DNA of 64,000 nt from Chloroflexota bacterium. GTDB taxonomy: Bacteria > Chloroflexota > Anaerolineae > B4-G1. Below the pieces are notes generated by a model. The model did no database searches. It was not told the origin of the DNA and was given only the letters and a program-made list of their open reading frames with translations. A program made the translations under genes and the position numbers. Each line of letters begins with the position of its first letter. The stretch's first letter is position 1. The stretch covers positions 63,606 to 127,605 of the forward strand of contig JAXHUO010000001.1 in the NCBI GenBank assembly GCA_034189605.1, read 5' to 3'. Positions 61,890 to 64,000 of the stretch are shown here, in pieces.

Positions 61890-62125
61890 CGTAGAGTGTA
61901 TCATGCCGGGCGCAGAAGTGCAACTGACGGGCTGTTTTATCCCGCCTGATCCACAAAACAATAGGGCTATGCTGGTATTTATCCACGGCTGGGCGGCAAC
62001 CGTGGGCCACTTTTGGACGAGACCATGATGCTGGCCCTGCATGGCTGTAGCGCATTGTTGCTTGATCTGCGACATCACGGCCAGAGCAGGGGAACTTTTG
62101 CCCCGCGTGTGCCGTCTTTATGGTA
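61890..62125 (+). pseudogene. frameshifted remnant of an alpha/beta-hydrolase N-terminus
   Basis: One frame gives RAMLVFIHGWAATVGHFW, then a stop. A second frame continues LALHGCSALLLDLRHHGQSRG (the HGxxxxxxxW...DxRGHGxS pattern of alpha/beta hydrolases), then a stop. No intact ORF. Confidence 0.35.
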
Positions 62126-62171
62126 GAGTAAGCCGTTTTCCGAGAGAACTCTACGTCGAAGGAGGAGTGTT

Positions 62172-64000
62172 ATGAATACCCGATTTTCTGCTCCAAGCAA
62201 TCGTTGTCTCGTCACCGCAGTGCATCTTTTGATCATCCTGGCTGTCGTCGCTGGATTCGTGGCGCTGCAGTGGGTCACCACCCTGCCGGAGCGCGTGGAC
62301 GACCAGCAGACGGTCGTGGTGGGGCCAACCCGCTTTGCCCCGGATAGCGACGCTTCGGTGCGCGTGGTGGTGCAGGACTTTGGCGCTGGCCAACCTGTCG
62401 CCAACGCTCACGTAAAAGTGAGCCTCAAGCCAGCCACTGGCAGGGCCATCTCCCTCTTCGAGGGGCAGACCGACGAGAGCGGCAGCCTGCCGGTCCACTT
62501 CCACGTGCCCGCCGACGCGCCCGCCGAGGCGTCACTCGTCGTCGAGACCAAATCGGCGGTGGGAAAGGACCTGGTGGAACAGCCGGTGACCATCCAACGC
62601 GAGTACCGGCTGCTCCTCACCAGCGACAAGCCGCTCTATCAGCCTGGCCAGACCATCCACATGCGCGCTCTGGCTCTCAGCACCTTTGACCTGACCCCCG
62701 CCCGGGGCGCGACGGTGGACTTTTTGGTAGAAGACCCCAAGGGCAACAAGGTCTTTCGCCAATCTGTCGTCGCCTCCGACTTTGGCGTCGCATCTGCCGA
62801 TTTTACCCTGGCCGATCTGGTCAACCAGGGTAACTATAAACTTTGCGTCTCCATCGGCGACACCCGCTCCGAGAGAACGGTAGAGGTGCGTCCCTACGTC
62901 TTGCCCAAGTTTGGTGTGGACGTGTCCACCGATCGCTCTTTCTATGTCCCCGGTCAGCGCGTGGAAGGGGTAGTGCAGGCCGATTACTTTTTCGGCAAGC
63001 CTGTGGCAGAGGGAGAGGTGCAGATCGTCGGCAGCGTGTGGGACGTGGCACGCACGGTAGAGGTGGAGATCAGTGGCCAGACCGACGAGAACGGCACCTA
63101 TGAGTTTGGCTTTGACCTGCCCGCATATTTTGCCGGGTCGGGGCTGGATTCTGGGCAGGCCCAGTTTGTTCTGGAGGTGGCCGTCGTGGACCAGACCGAC
63201 CATCCCGAGCAGACGAGCATCGTGTTGCCCATTGCCGCCCAGCCGTTGGTCATAGAGGCGGTGGCTGAGAGCGGGGTGCTCAAGCCGGGAGTCGAGAACA
63301 TCATCTACGTTCTCACCTCCTACCCCGATGGCCGCCCCGCGCCAACGCAACTGCAGGTCCGCGTGGACGGTGGGGAAACGGTGGAACTCGCGAGCGGCGA
63401 GTTTGGGCTGACCGAGTTCACCTTCACGCCACAGTCTGGAGGCTACCACGTCCTTGACCTCTTTGCCCAGGACGAGGCCGGCCTTGCGGCCAGGCGACAG
63501 GTGGACTTTCAGGCCGAGTACGGGAGCGACAGTGTCCTACTACGCGCTGACCGAGCCGCCTACGTCGTCGGCGAGACGATGAGTCTGGTCGCCTTCACGC
63601 CGGTTGCATCCGGCGACGTCTACCTGGATATCGTCAAGGCCGGGCAGACCCTCTCCACCCGCTCGGCCCGGGTGCGGGACGGCAGGGCCGAGTTTGCCGT
63701 GGACGTGAGCCCTGATCTGTACGGCACGCTGGAACTGCACGCCTACAAGGTGCTGCTCGACGGCACCATCGTGCGGGACACACGCATCCTGGTCGTGGAC
63801 GAACCTAATGCCATCGCCATCGCCGTCACTGCCGACGAGGACACTTACCTGCCGGGCCAGATGGCGACGATTGATTTCCAGACCACCGATGCAATGGATG
63901 GTGGGGGCCTGCAAACGGCGCTGGGGGTGGCGATTGTGGACGAATCGGTCTTTGCCCTGCAGCGCCAGGACCCCGGCTTTGCCAAACTGTACTTTTTGCT
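62172..64000 (+). CDS. bacterial alpha-2-macroglobulin-like protein (MG domains), 3' end outside the window
   Basis: My own translation from ATG 62172 (AGGAGGAG RBS) stays open to the window end. It shows an N-terminal TM anchor and repeated MG-type modules (LLLTSDKPLYQPGQTIHMRAL, STDRSFYVPGQRVEG, ADRAAYVVGETMSL, ADEDTYLPGQMATI). It is not listed in the ORF track because no stop is reached. Confidence 0.75.
   Translation, partial: MNTRFSAPSNRCLVTAVHLLIILAVVAGFVALQWVTTLPERVDDQQTVVVGPTRFAPDSDASVRVVVQDFGAGQPVANAHVKVSLKPATGRAISLFEGQTDESGSLPVHFHVPADAPAEASLVVETKSAVGKDLVEQPVTIQREYRLLLTSDKPLYQPGQTIHMRALALSTFDLTPARGATVDFLVEDPKGNKVFRQSVVASDFGVASADFTLADLVNQGNYKLCVSIGDTRSERTVEVRPYVLPKFGVDVSTDRSFYVPGQRVEGVVQADYFFGKPVAEGEVQIVGSVWDVARTVEVEISGQTDENGTYEFGFDLPAYFAGSGLDSGQAQFVLEVAVVDQTDHPEQTSIVLPIAAQPLVIEAVAESGVLKPGVENIIYVLTSYPDGRPAPTQLQVRVDGGETVELASGEFGLTEFTFTPQSGGYHVLDLFAQDEAGLAARRQVDFQAEYGSDSVLLRADRAAYVVGETMSLVAFTPVASGDVYLDIVKAGQTLSTRSARVRDGRAEFAVDVSPDLYGTLELHAYKVLLDGTIVRDTRILVVDEPNAIAIAVTADEDTYLPGQMATIDFQTTDAMDGGGLQTALGVAIVDESVFALQRQDPGFAKLYFL

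Overview
G+C-rich bacterial chromosomal segment (GC judged by eye, not computed). Taxon cannot be fixed from sequence; the repeat content and multidomain conflict proteins resemble filamentous Chloroflexota- or cyanobacteria-like genomes.

Left to right:
- 250-1371: pterin-binding methyltransferase remnant plus a DUF1638 gene.
- 1394-4840, minus strand: pyrB-pyrF-pyrE-pyrD operon behind an intrinsic-terminator attenuator.
- 5220-22926: cell-envelope glycosylation region (two GT39-like membrane glycosyltransferases, GT4, epimerase, methyltransferases, LPG-synthase-TM-like protein). It is interrupted by an orphan glycyl-radical enzyme and by a visibly A/T-richer island (about 12.8-19.3 kb) encoding Kelch, FkbM and CARDB/HExxH/PKD/YVTN proteins.
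- 23392-33650: type III-A CRISPR-Cas locus (cas10-csm2-csm3-[RAYT+REP insertion]-csm4-csm5::S1-cas6) with a 16-repeat array. No cas1/cas2 or CARF effector is visible.
- 34403-38367: translationally coupled pair next to the array, a membrane-anchored ATPase and an AAA-like ATPase fused to SIR2.
- 38888-46182: Phd-like gene, two DNRLRE/cohesin surface proteins, rluB, cmk, DUF512, CoA-disulfide-reductase-like gene.
- 46500-51769: glmS ribozyme, glmS, a second glmS paralog, GT4.
- 51751-54078: tex.
- 54315-61582, minus strand: four-gene operon of TIR-TM-BNR propeller, M4/M36-like metalloprotease-propeller, LysM protein and caspase-TIR.
- 62172 to window end: alpha-2-macroglobulin-like gene.

The window is saturated with REP-like hairpin units, MITE-like elements and short tandem repeats, several inserted in frame into conserved genes.

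Strongest novelty candidates:
1. The TIR receptor-like / caspase-TIR operon.
2. The array-adjacent ATPase plus ATPase-SIR2 pair.
3. The Csm5-S1 fusion.
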